Source: an uncultured Candidatus Saccharibacteria bacterium
GTDB taxonomy: Bacteria > Patescibacteriota > Doudnabacteria > UBA920
Assembly (NCBI GenBank): GCA_964474825.1
Contig: CAYYWQ010000001.1
Coordinates: 820,152-884,151, forward strand
Direction of reading: 5' to 3'
DNA length: 64,000 nucleotides
The first letter of the stretch is position 1. Each line of letters starts with the position of its first letter. Position numbers and translations under genes: made by a program. The notes beneath the pieces are model-generated. The model had not been told where the DNA came from. It searched no databases and was given only the letters and a program-made list of their open reading frames with translations. Positions 29,830 to 39,989 of the stretch are shown here, piece by piece.

Positions 29830-30006
29830 CTAACGATGGATAATGATAATGGCGAGGGCGATAACAGCCGTCGCGCTCCCCATAAAAACAACCCTGTACA
29901 GTAGCTCCCAGGACCCCCACCACTCCTGGAACCGTTTGCTGAAACAAAACATTACCAGCAAAACTAACAGGACAAACGCAACAAAGAGATCTCGGTAATA
30001 GATCAT
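29830..30006 (-). CDS. Small two-TM peptide, 58 aa (MIYYRDLFVAFVLLVLLVMFCFSKRFQEWWGSWELLYRVVFMGSATAVIALAIIIIHR)
   Basis: SD AAGGAGGAGGAG immediately upstream. Below the ORF-track cutoff. Confidence 0.35.
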   Translation of the reverse strand: MIYYRDLFVAFVLLVLLVMFCFSKRFQEWWGSWELLYRVVFMGSATAVIALAIIIIHR

Positions 30007-30678
30007 CTCCTCCTCCTTATTTTTCTATAATCTGCGGAAAGGGCGTGGGCAAAATAGGCACTTTAAAAGGGACGCCGACCGTCCCTCTCTTATATTAAAT
30101 TTTGCCAAAACCTTTTCCGCAGACAAATTTTGTAGAAACAAGACTGGCAACTGGCTGGATAACCCTCCAATCGCCAAACTTTTTCCTGCAAACTTATTTT
30201 CACAATTGTGGGTCTAAACAAACGGATGAGGCCAAAAGGTCTAAAGCGACCTCATATAAATTCGCCTTCCTGTTAGGCCCACTATAGTGAAAATAAACTA
30301 AAAACCGTATATTCAATACAGGAGAATCAATTAAAAATTATTCTTGTATGCAATATACGGCTTTATTGCGCCGCCGATTCGGTTTAACGAAATCAGCAGC
30401 ATGTTGTTTGTCCCCACACCAATCTCCATCAAATCTTTTCTAACAATAATTGAATCTCTTAAACTAGTGGGAAATTTTATTCTTAACTAACCTGGTGAAG
30501 ATTAGTGTAGGGACACCCGTATATTCTCCTGCAAAAACAGACGGATACTATATTTGTGTTGTAAAAGAAAAATCATGCTACATTTAGCATGACCAAACAT
30601 TCTACACCTTTTTCACCCTTTTGTCAAGAGTTTTTAAGGCTTTGATAAAAACTTGGCTTATTTAAGATAATATTTTAA

Positions 30679-30975
30679 TTAATTAGCGTGTCTTTTCTCC
30701 CATTCGTTGTGTAAATCTACCCACATTTTATCCAACTCCATCGTAATCACGGCTTCCTCATTTGGGGTGATAAGTTTCGGCCTTTTATCAATCTTTTTAT
30801 AAATAAACCAATAAATATTTCGTATCCGCTCCTTAAGCCAATCATCAGTTTCTAAGGCCGCAATCATTGCCCGCGTTTGCGTGAGATTTAAATAATGAGC
30901 GTGCAAAATCATATCTTTAAACTCTTGGTCTGTAGGATCTTCCATACCCTCTGGAGTTGGAAATTCTCTCGCCAT
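30679..30975 (-). CDS. Hypothetical protein (98 aa)
   Basis: ORF only. Confidence 0.35.
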   Translation of the reverse strand: MAREFPTPEGMEDPTDQEFKDMILHAHYLNLTQTRAMIAALETDDWLKERIRNIYWFIYKKIDKRPKLITPNEEAVITMELDKMWVDLHNEWEKRHAN

Positions 30976-31101
30976 AATATTTATAATTTAGTATTTCACT
31001 ATTATAATAGCAAAACCCGCCTCTATTCGCCAGTTGGCGATGAGGCGGGTTTGTTCCATCTGCTTTAAATCCGCGTTGCTATCCCCGTGTAATCTGCGGT
31101 C

Positions 31102-32775
31102 TTAGTAATCCATTCCACCCATACCGCCCATGCCTCCAGGCATGCCGCCTGCTGGGGCTGAGGATTTTGGTTCTGGCTTGTCGACAATTATTGCTTCGGT
31201 GGTAACTAATGTGGAAGCAATGGACACCGCGTTCTCTAAAGCTAAGCGAGTAACTTTAAGCGGGTCAACAATTCCGGCTTTCATCATGTCCGGTTCCTGG
31301 CCTTTGGTCCAATCGGCTTCGTCGTATTTGGTAAAATCATAACCCGCGTGTGTGCCGCCGTTTTGAATGTAGGTAATTACTCCGGTTGGCTCAACGCCGC
31401 TGTTTTGGGCAATTTGCCTAAGCGGTGCTTCCAAAGCTTTTCGAACAATTTTGTATCCGGTCTTTTGCGCGCCGTGGGCTTTGGTCATTTCTTTTTCGAG
31501 CATTGGCGCAATTTTAGCAAGAGCCGCGCCGCCTCCGGCAACAATTCCTTCTTCCACAGCCGCTTTGGTGGCGTTTAACGCATCTTCAATTTTAAACTTT
31601 TTGGCTTTCATTTCCGTTTCCGTAAAAGCGCCAACTTTAATAACGCCCACGCCGCCGGCCAAACGGGCCATGCGTTCCTGGAGTTTTTCTTTGTCGTAAT
31701 CCGAAGTAGATTCTTTAATTTCCGCTTTAATTTGGTTAACGCGGTCTTCAATATTCTTTTTGTCGCCCTGGCCGTCTACAATGGTGGTATATTCTTTGGT
31801 GGCAACAACTTTGCGGGCGCGACCCAGCTGGTTTAATTCAGTCTTGTCTAACTTAAGGCCCATGTCTTCCGAAATAACCTGGCCGCCAGTAAGCACCGCA
31901 ATGTCTTGCAACATTTCTTTGCGCCTGTCGCCAAAACCCGGGGCTTTTACCGCCAAAACATTAAAGGTACCTTTGAGTTTGTTAATGACAAAAGTGGTCA
32001 AAGCTTCGCCTTCCACTTCGTCCGCAATAATAACAATATCTTTTTTACCGCTCTGCGCGACTTTTTCTAAAATTGGCAAAATTTCCTGCACACTGGAAAC
32101 TTTTTTGTCCGTAATTAAAATGTACGCGTCTTCCCAAACAGCTTCCATTCTCTCAGCGTTAGTCACCATGTATGGGTTTACAAAACCTTTGTCAAAGCGC
32201 ATGCCTTTAACCACTTCTTTTTCAAGCCCGGTAGTCTGGCCTTCTTCCACGGTAATAATGCCTTCGTGGCCGACTTCTTCCATAGCTTCGGCAATAAGTT
32301 TGCCAACTTCTTCGTCTAGCGAAGCAATGGTGGCTACCTGTTGGATTTCTTCTTTATTCTTTACGTCTTTTTTTACTTTTATAAGTTCGCTAACGACAAA
32401 CCTAACCGCGCTGTCCATGCCCTTCTTTATTTCGTTAGCTTGGGTTGAGGCAAGAGCCGCAGCTTCAAAGGCTTCCTGGATCATAGTTTGGGCCAGCACA
32501 GTTGCAGTAGTCGTACCGTCACCGGCTGCTTCGTTGGTTTTGTTAGCCACCTCCTGAATGAGTGACGCTCCCACGTTTTCAAACTTGTCTTCAAGTTCAA
32601 TGTCTTTGGCAACGGTAACGCCGTCGTCAGTAATTACTGGACTGCCAAAACCTTTGTCTAAAATTACTGCCTTGCCGGTTGGTCCCAGCGTAACTTTAAT
32701 GGCATTTGCGGCTTTGTCTACACCTGCCTTAATGGCCTGCTTTGCTTCAAAACCGTATTTTATAATTCTGCTCAT
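31102..32775 (-). CDS. groL: Chaperonin GroEL
   Basis: [13 protein letters not shown], the C-terminal GGM repeat, and full-length similarity to GroEL. Confidence 0.95.
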   Translation of the reverse strand: MSRIIKYGFEAKQAIKAGVDKAANAIKVTLGPTGKAVILDKGFGSPVITDDGVTVAKDIELEDKFENVGASLIQEVANKTNEAAGDGTTTATVLAQTMIQEAFEAAALASTQANEIKKGMDSAVRFVVSELIKVKKDVKNKEEIQQVATIASLDEEVGKLIAEAMEEVGHEGIITVEEGQTTGLEKEVVKGMRFDKGFVNPYMVTNAERMEAVWEDAYILITDKKVSSVQEILPILEKVAQSGKKDIVIIADEVEGEALTTFVINKLKGTFNVLAVKAPGFGDRRKEMLQDIAVLTGGQVISEDMGLKLDKTELNQLGRARKVVATKEYTTIVDGQGDKKNIEDRVNQIKAEIKESTSDYDKEKLQERMARLAGGVGVIKVGAFTETEMKAKKFKIEDALNATKAAVEEGIVAGGGAALAKIAPMLEKEMTKAHGAQKTGYKIVRKALEAPLRQIAQNSGVEPTGVITYIQNGGTHAGYDFTKYDEADWTKGQEPDMMKAGIVDPLKVTRLALENAVSIASTLVTTEAIIVDKPEPKSSAPAGGMPGGMGGMGGMDY

Positions 32776-32882
32776 AATATTTCTCCGAAATCTCTACTAA
32801 ATACTAAATGAGACTAAAAATACTAAATCTAGAAACCTTCGCTTTCGTATTTTTAGTTATTTTAGTATTTAGTAGAAAATAA

Positions 32883-33188
32883 TTAGTCAATTATTGCTAA
32901 AATGTCAGACTCGTCTTTTTCTTTGCCTACGTATAAAATTTTGTATTCCACTTTCTTGCCGTCTTCGTCCAGCTCAACTTCGTCGCCGGCGTATTTTCCA
33001 AAAACAACTTTGTCTCCTACTTTTAGGCCAAGCGAGGAAATTTCACTGCCTGTCCCCAGCTCTACAATTTTACCAACTGCTTTTTTTTCTTTGTCACCAG
33101 TGTCGGGCAAAACAATTCCGGATTTTGTGACTTCTTCCTGGCTGTCTTGTTTTACCAGCACCCGGTTACCTAAGGGCTTTACTTTCAT
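32883..33188 (-). CDS. groS: Co-chaperonin GroES
   Basis: MKVKPLGNRVLVK... is a typical GroES. Confidence 0.9.
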   Translation of the reverse strand: MKVKPLGNRVLVKQDSQEEVTKSGIVLPDTGDKEKKAVGKIVELGTGSEISSLGLKVGDKVVFGKYAGDEVELDEDGKKVEYKILYVGKEKDESDILAIID

Positions 33189-33257
33189 ATTACTGTCTCC
33201 TTGTTTATTAATGTCTAAGTCTATTTTATAGCAGCATTTATCACTCTGTCAAGTTGA

Positions 33258-34022
33258 GTGATAAATACCTTATGTTATAATAGCACTATGAGTAATGGTT
33301 ATCAAAATCCTAAAAAAGCCCAAATTTACGAGGATTTTTTAGCTTCCACCAACGGGCAGATCCAGCGGGAAATTTTAACCAAAGCCCTCTTGTCTGCCTT
33401 ACCAAGCTCCCCTCAAACGGCTATTCTCGATGCCGCCTCCGGCAATGGTTGGCTGGCTGCGGATTTAAAAAACATTTATGACAAGGTATATGGCTGTGAC
33501 GGATCAGCTGCTCTCATAAGCAGTGCGCGTCAGCGCTACAAGGCCGTAGAATTTTCGCACTGCGACTTGTGCGGCGACCTTCCCTACCCGGCCGGATTTT
33601 TTGACGCCGTAATTCTAAACATGGCCGCGCCGGACATAGAAGACTTAAACACCGCGGTAAAAAACTTAACCGGCAAATTAAAATTCGGCGGCAAATTTCT
33701 AATGACCATACCCAACCCCTACTACAGTTACCCTGTGGCGGTTTGGAAAAGATCTTTGATTGATGTGTTATTATTCCGTAAACCGCAGTTAAAAATAAAC
33801 CGCTCGTATTTTGGCCCTAAAGAAATCCAAAGGGAATTTAACGGGAAAAAAATTGACTCTCATTTTTATACAATGAGCGATTACTTAGGTCCCGCGGGCA
33901 ACGCCGGCCTTGGGCTAACAAAAATCCACGAACTAAAAAGCCAAACTGATGGTAAACAGTTTGACTTAAATTATGAAATGTATCGTTTTCCGCTTATTTT
34001 AATGCTGGAATTTAAGAAGTAA
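33258..34022 (+). CDS. Class I SAM-dependent methyltransferase
   Basis: Motif I ILDAASGNGWLA. Confidence 0.55.
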   Translation: MINTLCYNSTMSNGYQNPKKAQIYEDFLASTNGQIQREILTKALLSALPSSPQTAILDAASGNGWLAADLKNIYDKVYGCDGSAALISSARQRYKAVEFSHCDLCGDLPYPAGFFDAVILNMAAPDIEDLNTAVKNLTGKLKFGGKFLMTIPNPYYSYPVAVWKRSLIDVLLFRKPQLKINRSYFGPKEIQREFNGKKIDSHFYTMSDYLGPAGNAGLGLTKIHELKSQTDGKQFDLNYEMYRFPLILMLEFKK

Positions 34023-34031
34023 TCCCAGTGT

Positions 34032-34136
34032 GTCATTCCGAGGAGTGCAGCCGACGAGGAATCCCTTAAATCTAATTCTTGAATAAGGGATCCCTCCGCT
34101 CACCGTCGGATGCACTCCGGCTCGGTCGGGATGACA
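34032..34136. repeat. Nested palindromic element (TGTCATTCCGAGGAGTGCAGCCGACG ... CGTCGGATGCACTCCGGCTCGGTCGGGATGACA) filling the gap between convergent genes; related to 18692-18738
   Basis: Inverted repeats seen directly. Shares the TGCACTC(C)GG...TCGGGATGACA motif. Confidence 0.45.
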
Positions 34137-34142
34137 GACATA

Positions 34143-35093
34143 CTATTGTACGAAAAACTTGGAAAGCAAACTCTGCTGTTTGCTCTGCGGGTGAAACGAA
34201 AGCTCGTCTTCCCTAACCAAAATAAATTCTTCCTGGCGGATTTTAGGTAACTGCCAGTTTTTTAATTTAATTTCCAGCCATTGCCCGAACCTACCGGACA
34301 ACAGCTTTTCCAATATTTTTTGAGCTGATGATGTCTTCACCTCATCGTGAACTAAAATTTCAAAATTTGGTAGAAAGGCCGCAATCCACGAGCGGTTTTT
34401 TTGTTGGAATTCCGAAATTATTTGACCGTAAACCAAAGGCCGCAGTTTAGCATATTCCCAGGCAGTGTATAAATTTTTTAGCTCGTTAATAGTTTTAACC
34501 CCGGCCAAATAGTGGTTCAAACAAAACCTGTTGGAAATGTTTTTTCCATGCCTGCGTTTGCCCAGTAACTGAAAGTAAGCAGTCACTAAGGTTCTGGTAA
34601 GCCACAAAAATTTGGGATGTACTATTATTAGTAAGTCTATGTCTGAATCTATCTTCTGAAGTCCCATAGCCTGGCTCCCGGCTAAGCCTACGCCGCGCAC
34701 AAAGGGTATGTGCCGCAGGCCCTTGGCAAACCAGCGTATGCTCCGTTCCCTTTCTATTCCATAAAGATAGTTAGCCAAACGCCTGTCTATAATTTCAATC
34801 CGTCCTTTTAAACTATAAAAACCGTTTTTTTGCTCTATATTGTCTTTGCATTCTTGGTTTAAGCACAATAAAATTTCATTTATGCCGGTCTTTTCTTGGC
34901 TATGATTGTTATCTATCAGCTCCCATTCTGTATTAACCTGATGCTTTAAATCACTCACATCCCTAAGCAAAAACTTATACAATTCCAAAAGCGTCAGCGG
35001 GTAGTCCTGCAAATCAAAAAAGCGCAAAGTAGATAAAATTCGGTCTTTGAGCATAATTACAGCCCTAATTTGTCCAAAGTTATTTCGTCCCAC
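34143..35093 (-). CDS. Nucleotidyltransferase-fold protein
   Basis: GVGLAGSQAMGLQKIDSDIDLLII (GS...DxD minimal NTase motif). Confidence 0.45.
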   Translation of the reverse strand: MGRNNFGQIRAVIMLKDRILSTLRFFDLQDYPLTLLELYKFLLRDVSDLKHQVNTEWELIDNNHSQEKTGINEILLCLNQECKDNIEQKNGFYSLKGRIEIIDRRLANYLYGIERERSIRWFAKGLRHIPFVRGVGLAGSQAMGLQKIDSDIDLLIIVHPKFLWLTRTLVTAYFQLLGKRRHGKNISNRFCLNHYLAGVKTINELKNLYTAWEYAKLRPLVYGQIISEFQQKNRSWIAAFLPNFEILVHDEVKTSSAQKILEKLLSGRFGQWLEIKLKNWQLPKIRQEEFILVREDELSFHPQSKQQSLLSKFFVQ

Positions 35094-35422
35094 TCGTCAT
35101 AGTCCACTTCTTTGTAGACCTTTAATTTGTGGAAAAATTCCGTGGCGGAAAATTTATACTGGGCCTGAGCACTTTGCCCCGCGCGGTGGGAGTACAATTC
35201 TTTTTTTTCTAAAACTACAGGGCGGTTCTCGCGGATTAATTTAAAACGGCCCGCAGGATTTTCAAAAATTAAAATATCCTGCGTTCCCTGCTTAACAGGG
35301 CCATCCTGTGTGTCCATAATTAAATCTTCAGAGGTAATTTTTACACCCTGAAAATTCTTTTGCGCCGCCTCCACTAATTGTTGCCATTTTTCGTCTGTCA
35401 TAGAGTATTCGCGAATATACAA
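35057..35422 (-). CDS. Hypothetical protein (121 aa)
   Basis: ORF overlapping the downstream gene by 37 nt. Confidence 0.35.
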   Translation of the reverse strand: MYIREYSMTDEKWQQLVEAAQKNFQGVKITSEDLIMDTQDGPVKQGTQDILIFENPAGRFKLIRENRPVVLEKKELYSHRAGQSAQAQYKFSATEFFHKLKVYKEVDYDEWDEITLDKLGL

Positions 35423-35478
35423 ATAAAAGATAATATACGAATTCGAATATTTGCGCTAGATTAGTATATTAGGGATTA

Positions 35479-35709
35479 CTACTGCAGTCCTCCCCCATAA
35501 ATCCCGCTCAGGCTGCTTAAAGACTTCATTACAATAGGAATTAAAATTACCATGCCGAGCAGAGGCAAAACAATAAGCACAATAGTAATATATAACTGCC
35601 ACTTCATGTAAGTCATGGTCTTGTGTGTGTTGTTGTAAATAGCCAAAAGCATTTCGTCAGTCGTGGGCTTTTGCGGCTGCGGGACTTGCTGATTTTGTTC
35701 TGTTTCCAT
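35479..35709 (-). CDS. Small membrane protein (76 aa)
   Basis: Two predicted TM helices. Confidence 0.35.
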   Translation of the reverse strand: METEQNQQVPQPQKPTTDEMLLAIYNNTHKTMTYMKWQLYITIVLIVLPLLGMVILIPIVMKSLSSLSGIYGGGLQ

Positions 35710-35763
35710 ATTTTATATTTAGATTATTAGTTAAATACATTATACTTAATACCCTACACAATG

Positions 35764-36690
35764 TCACATTTGGCACATTGGACAAAAACTGCCAGTACGT
35801 CCGCCAAGTTTTATGCTTTGTATTACGCTCCCGCATTTCTTACACTTTTGGCCCTTACGGCCGTACACAAAGTGATGCTTGCCCATTTGGCCCCAGGAGC
35901 CATCTGTGCGGACAAAATCACCTACCGACGAACCTTTCGCCGCTATGCCTTTAAGTAGTACCGGCTTAATGTGTTTATAGATGGCCTTTAATTCCGTTGC
36001 TGATAAAGATTCAAAGCTCCTGGTGGGCCGCACGCCGGCGTGGAATAAAATTTCGTCGGAATAAATGTTACCAATTCCAGCCACGACTTTAGGATCCATT
36101 AAAACCAACTTAATTTTTCTTTTAACTGACTTTTTCACGGCCGTGAAAAAGTCAGTTATTTTGAATTTGCTGTCGAGCGGTTCCGGGCCGTATTCGTTAA
36201 GTTCTTTCACCTGGTTAATTTCGTCGTCTTTTACCAACTTCATGTAGCCAAATTTCCGCACGTCGTTAAAATACAAAATGGAGCTGTCTGTAAAATAAAA
36301 AATGACATGAGTGTGTTTTCCGGGCAGGCTAACGAACGGCGCGTTTAATTTGTTTAGCATTCTGTATTTCCCACCGGTTTTTTTGCGTAATGTTTTGTCC
36401 TCAAAAATAAACTGTCCGGTCATTTTTAAATGTACTAAAAGGGATAAAGGTCCTGATAAATCTAAAATAAGCAGTTTCGCCCTCCGCTTTACTTGGCCAA
36501 AGCGTTGTCCTGTTAGCATTTTTTTAAAGAGCTTTACTTTGGAATTATCGGCTTTTCTAATATTGCTCACGGTATTAGGTCCTAACGCAACCATTTTGGG
36601 CGCGTTAACAACCACGGACTTAATTGTCCGGTTTTTTAATTTGCGATTAAGTTCGCTAACTATGGTTTGGACTTCAGGGAGTTCGGGCAA
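35764..36690 (-). CDS. mutM: Formamidopyrimidine-DNA glycosylase (Fpg/Nei family), TTG start
   Basis: PELPEVQTIV N-terminus and a C-terminal zinc finger CKKCG...CPMCQ. Confidence 0.8.
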   Translation of the reverse strand: MPELPEVQTIVSELNRKLKNRTIKSVVVNAPKMVALGPNTVSNIRKADNSKVKLFKKMLTGQRFGQVKRRAKLLILDLSGPLSLLVHLKMTGQFIFEDKTLRKKTGGKYRMLNKLNAPFVSLPGKHTHVIFYFTDSSILYFNDVRKFGYMKLVKDDEINQVKELNEYGPEPLDSKFKITDFFTAVKKSVKRKIKLVLMDPKVVAGIGNIYSDEILFHAGVRPTRSFESLSATELKAIYKHIKPVLLKGIAAKGSSVGDFVRTDGSWGQMGKHHFVYGRKGQKCKKCGSVIQSIKLGGRTGSFCPMCQM

Positions 36691-36706
36691 GAAAAACCTT
36701 TCACCT

Positions 36707-36793
36707 GTCTTTACTAACTACTAATTTTTACGAATATACTAATGCTAGTATTTGGAATTAGTATATTCGTATCCATTCGTAGTTCGTAAAGCC
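36707..36793. repeat. TACTAAC-family palindromic element, cargo-less copy (arms separated by 12 nt)
   Basis: CTTTACTAACTACTAATTTTTACGAATATACTAAT / ATTAGTATATTCGTATCCATTCGTAGTTCGTAAAG. Confidence 0.6.
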
Positions 36794-36868
36794 AGTAAAT
36801 TTATGTTTCCATTATAATTCCTTTTCCTTCACCTGTCTAAAACATCCTAGAATTGTTATAATAACTTT

Positions 36869-38377
36869 ATGGGAAAATCTTTCTTAAACTCTATTCCTCA
36901 TAAATTCACCAAAGAAGAAGAGCAACTGCTTCTCCATGCCTTTGAATTCGCCAAAAAAGCCCATGAGGGACAAAAGCGCAAAAGTGGCGAGGAGTACATT
37001 ATTCATCCCGCTGAAACAGCTTTAATTTTAGGAAAAATTTTTCCAGACACCAAAGCCTTAGTCGCCTCGCTACTGCATGACGTTCCCGAAGACACCCAGG
37101 TAACTATAGAACAAATTAAAAAAGAATTCGGCGAAGAAATTAGCCAAATTATAGACGGTGTTACCAAACTGGGACAGGTAAGACTGCGCTCAAGCAAAGA
37201 CAAATTTTACATAGAAAATTTGCGTAAGTTGTTCATTGCCACCAGCAAAGACATTCGCGTTATTTTGGTTAAACTGGCCGATCGGCTTCATAACATGCGC
37301 ACCCTGAAGCACATCCCCCCGGAAAAACAAGTTAAGGTCGCCACTGAAACTTTAGAAATGTACGCTCCAATTGCCAGCCGCCTGGGCATTAGCTCCTGGA
37401 AGGACGAACTGGAAGACCTTTCTTTTAAAATTGTTTTTCCAAAAGAATATGAGGAAACCAAAATTACTTTGGACCAAGAGTTGGAGCGGCGCGGCGCGGA
37501 TATAAAAGAAACCCAGCGTCTGCTGGAACACATGCTTAGGACCGAAGGCATAAAATTTTTGGAAGTTAACGGGCGCGTAAAACGGCTTTATTCCCTGCAC
37601 CGGAAACTGCAGCGCTACAAAGGCGATATCCAGAAAATTTTTGACGTAGTGGCCTTTAGGGTCATTACCAAAGCTACCACGGACTGCTACGCGGCCTTAG
37701 GCGTTATTCATAAACATTTCCAGCCAGTACCGGGAAGGATTAAAGATTACATTGCAACACCCAAACCCAATGGCTACCAGAGCATTCACACCACTGTATT
37801 TAACCAAAGCGGCCAAACCCTGGAAATCCAAATCCGTACCGATTTAATGCACGAGGAGTCTGAACGTGGAGTAGCTGCCCATTGGTTTTACGAGGAAGAA
37901 GGCAAGGGCGATTACACAACCAGGCTGCAGGCGCCGTGGATTAAAGAACTTTCCGCCTGGCAGGACCTGGCCGACGACCCCGAGGAATATTTGGAAAGTT
38001 TGCGCATAGATTTTTTCCGGGACCGGATTTTTGTATTCACTCCCAAAGGCGACATCAAAGACCTCCCTCTTGGCGCCACAGCAATAGATTTTGCGTTCAA
38101 TGTCCACACCGACCTGGGCTACCACATGATGGGCGCCAAAATTAACGACAAAATGGCCAGCATTTATGACGAACTGGACAACGAAGACACAGTGGAAATT
38201 ATTAAAAGCAAAAAGCCGGTTAAAATTTCCCAGGACTGGCTTAAGGCCGCAAAGACTTCCAGCGCCAGAAACAGAATTCGCCACTACCTAAACGAAAACA
38301 ACAGAGGCATTATCCAGCGGGTTAAAGAATTAAAACTAAAAGACCTCTCCCTCCCGAAATTTTTTAGAAAAAAATAG
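36869..38377 (+). CDS. RelA/SpoT homolog, (p)ppGpp synthetase/hydrolase (HD + synthetase + TGS domains, no ACT)
   Basis: HD motif HDVPED, synthetase region, and TGS FVFTPKGDIKDLPLGATAIDFA. Confidence 0.8.
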   Translation: MGKSFLNSIPHKFTKEEEQLLLHAFEFAKKAHEGQKRKSGEEYIIHPAETALILGKIFPDTKALVASLLHDVPEDTQVTIEQIKKEFGEEISQIIDGVTKLGQVRLRSSKDKFYIENLRKLFIATSKDIRVILVKLADRLHNMRTLKHIPPEKQVKVATETLEMYAPIASRLGISSWKDELEDLSFKIVFPKEYEETKITLDQELERRGADIKETQRLLEHMLRTEGIKFLEVNGRVKRLYSLHRKLQRYKGDIQKIFDVVAFRVITKATTDCYAALGVIHKHFQPVPGRIKDYIATPKPNGYQSIHTTVFNQSGQTLEIQIRTDLMHEESERGVAAHWFYEEEGKGDYTTRLQAPWIKELSAWQDLADDPEEYLESLRIDFFRDRIFVFTPKGDIKDLPLGATAIDFAFNVHTDLGYHMMGAKINDKMASIYDELDNEDTVEIIKSKKPVKISQDWLKAAKTSSARNRIRHYLNENNRGIIQRVKELKLKDLSLPKFFRKK

Positions 38378-38474
38378 CTACCGAACTACGAAAACAAAAA
38401 CACTACAGATACCTACAGAAAAGTACTTAATTTCTGTAGGTATCTGTAGTGCAAAAAATCCTTAGTTCGGTAGC
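38377..38474. repeat. CTGTAG-family nested palindrome (outer GCTACCGAACT/AGTTCGGTAGC; inner CACTACAGATACCTACAGAA / TTCTGTAGGTATCTGTAGTG), probable bidirectional terminator
   Basis: Fills exactly the space between convergent stop codons. Confidence 0.6.
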
Positions 38475-39073
38475 TAAAACATTATATCTTCCTCAGCGCG
38501 TTTGTATTCATGAATTTCGTCTTTAGCAAACCAAAGGCCAATTTCGTTATTGGCTTCGTCTGTTGTTTCAGAGGCGTGCATGATGTTATGGATGGCGCGG
38601 CGTTCAATGTTAGCCACAGAAGGGCTGTCTACGCTGTAATCGCCCCTTATGGTGCCCATTTCCGCAAAAACCGGTAAAGTGTTACCAGCCAGCTTACGGA
38701 CCATGTCTATGGCATGAATACCCTGGACCACCATGGCTACCACTGGCCCGGACTGCAAATATTTAAACAAACTTTCTTTTACCATTTTACCAAGTTCTTT
38801 TGGGTCAGCTGTTCCCTGAGCGGCAACCGGGTCAATGGCGTATTCAGTAAAAGTTTTTAAAGTTTTAGTCCCCAAGCGTTCCACCCATTCCTCGCTTTTT
38901 GGAAAATGGTTTTCCAAATGCTCGCGGCCAACCTGGACCATTTTCATGGCAATGACTTTAAGGCCGCGGTGTTCAATGCGGCTAACCACTTCACCAATAA
39001 GGCCGCGCTTTACGCCGTCCGGCTTAACCAAAACTAATGTACGTTCCTGTTTGATTTGCAAATGTTTTTCCAT
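38474..39073 (-). CDS. ndk: Nucleoside diphosphate kinase (extended)
   Basis: LVLVKPDGVKRGLIGEVVSRIE. Confidence 0.8.
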   Translation of the reverse strand: MEKHLQIKQERTLVLVKPDGVKRGLIGEVVSRIEHRGLKVIAMKMVQVGREHLENHFPKSEEWVERLGTKTLKTFTEYAIDPVAAQGTADPKELGKMVKESLFKYLQSGPVVAMVVQGIHAIDMVRKLAGNTLPVFAEMGTIRGDYSVDSPSVANIERRAIHNIMHASETTDEANNEIGLWFAKDEIHEYKRAEEDIMF

Positions 39074-39092
39074 TTTAATCCTTTTAACTGTT

Positions 39093-39175
39093 TTTACTAA
39101 CTACGAATGCGTACTAATATACGAATTCCAACCTTTAGCATTAGTATATTGGTAAAGATTAGTAGTTAGTAAAGG
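39093..39175. repeat. TACTAAC-family palindromic element, cargo-less copy
   Basis: TTTACTAACTACGAATGCGTACTAATATACGAAT / CATTAGTATATTGGTAAAGATTAGTAGTTAGTAAAGG. Confidence 0.6.
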
Positions 39176-39183
39176 CAGAAGTG

Positions 39184-39939
39184 TTATTTAATAATTTTTA
39201 CGCTCTCCATAACTACAGGAGTTACCGGTGCGCCGTCGCCCGGAGGGTTTGTTTGAAGCTCACCAATTTTGTCCACTACGTCCTGCCCTGCTTTAACTTT
39301 GCCAAAAATTGTGTAGTTGTGGGGCATCCAGGAAGTTTGATCACCCAGCAAAATAAAGAACTGGCTGCCGTTGGTGTTAGGGCCTGCGTTGGCCATGGCC
39401 AGCACGCCTTTTACGTAACCTGTTTTGTAACTGGCAGTTTCCGGATTCAATTCGTCGGCAAATTTTTCGCCAAACGCGCTTACTCCTCCGCTGCCGTTAC
39501 CGCTTGGGTCTCCGCCTTGAATGACAAAACCTTTAGCCACACGGTGGAAAGTTAAACAATTATAGTACCCCGAGTCTGTTAAGCGCAAAAAATTCTCCAC
39601 GGTTTTGGGCGCGTCTTTGTCAAAAAATTCCAATTGAATCTTACCAAAACCCTTAACATTTATTTCGGCTATGCGGTTTAAAATATTCACTTTGTTGTTG
39701 GTTAATTTTGTCTGGCTAAAATCTCTGGTACAGCCGCCGACTGCAACAGGGGTTGACGTTGCGGTGTCTGCGGTAGGAGTAGGCTGAGTGTCTACAGGTG
39801 TTGGATTTAACATTTCGTCTGTTACAACAGGCTCAGTACCGCTTACAGTGTTGTCACTGCGGTAGCGAAAAAAGGCAACAACTCCGGCAAAAACTAATAA
39901 AATTACTACAATACTAATAACTAAAGTTTTGTTGGACAT
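39184..39939 (-). CDS. Membrane-anchored cyclophilin-type peptidyl-prolyl isomerase
   Basis: TM, then a Thr/Pro linker, then FHRVAKGFVIQGGDPSGNGSGG. Confidence 0.8.
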   Translation of the reverse strand: MSNKTLVISIVVILLVFAGVVAFFRYRSDNTVSGTEPVVTDEMLNPTPVDTQPTPTADTATSTPVAVGGCTRDFSQTKLTNNKVNILNRIAEINVKGFGKIQLEFFDKDAPKTVENFLRLTDSGYYNCLTFHRVAKGFVIQGGDPSGNGSGGVSAFGEKFADELNPETASYKTGYVKGVLAMANAGPNTNGSQFFILLGDQTSWMPHNYTIFGKVKAGQDVVDKIGELQTNPPGDGAPVTPVVMESVKIIK

Positions 39940-39989
39940 AGATTCATTTAATTTTTAAGGGCTAAACTTTATGTATATTAACAAATAAT

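Noticed and set aside
28613-30650. Possibility that the GC-rich non-annotated stretch is a structured RNA gene (RNase P RNA, tmRNA, SRP RNA, group II intron)
   Set aside because: No match was found by eye to conserved cores (RNase P CR-I/CR-V, the tmRNA tRNA-like end, the SRP GGAAGCAGC motif, intron domain V). SD-preceded small ORFs explain the region better. Not excluded without a covariance-model search.
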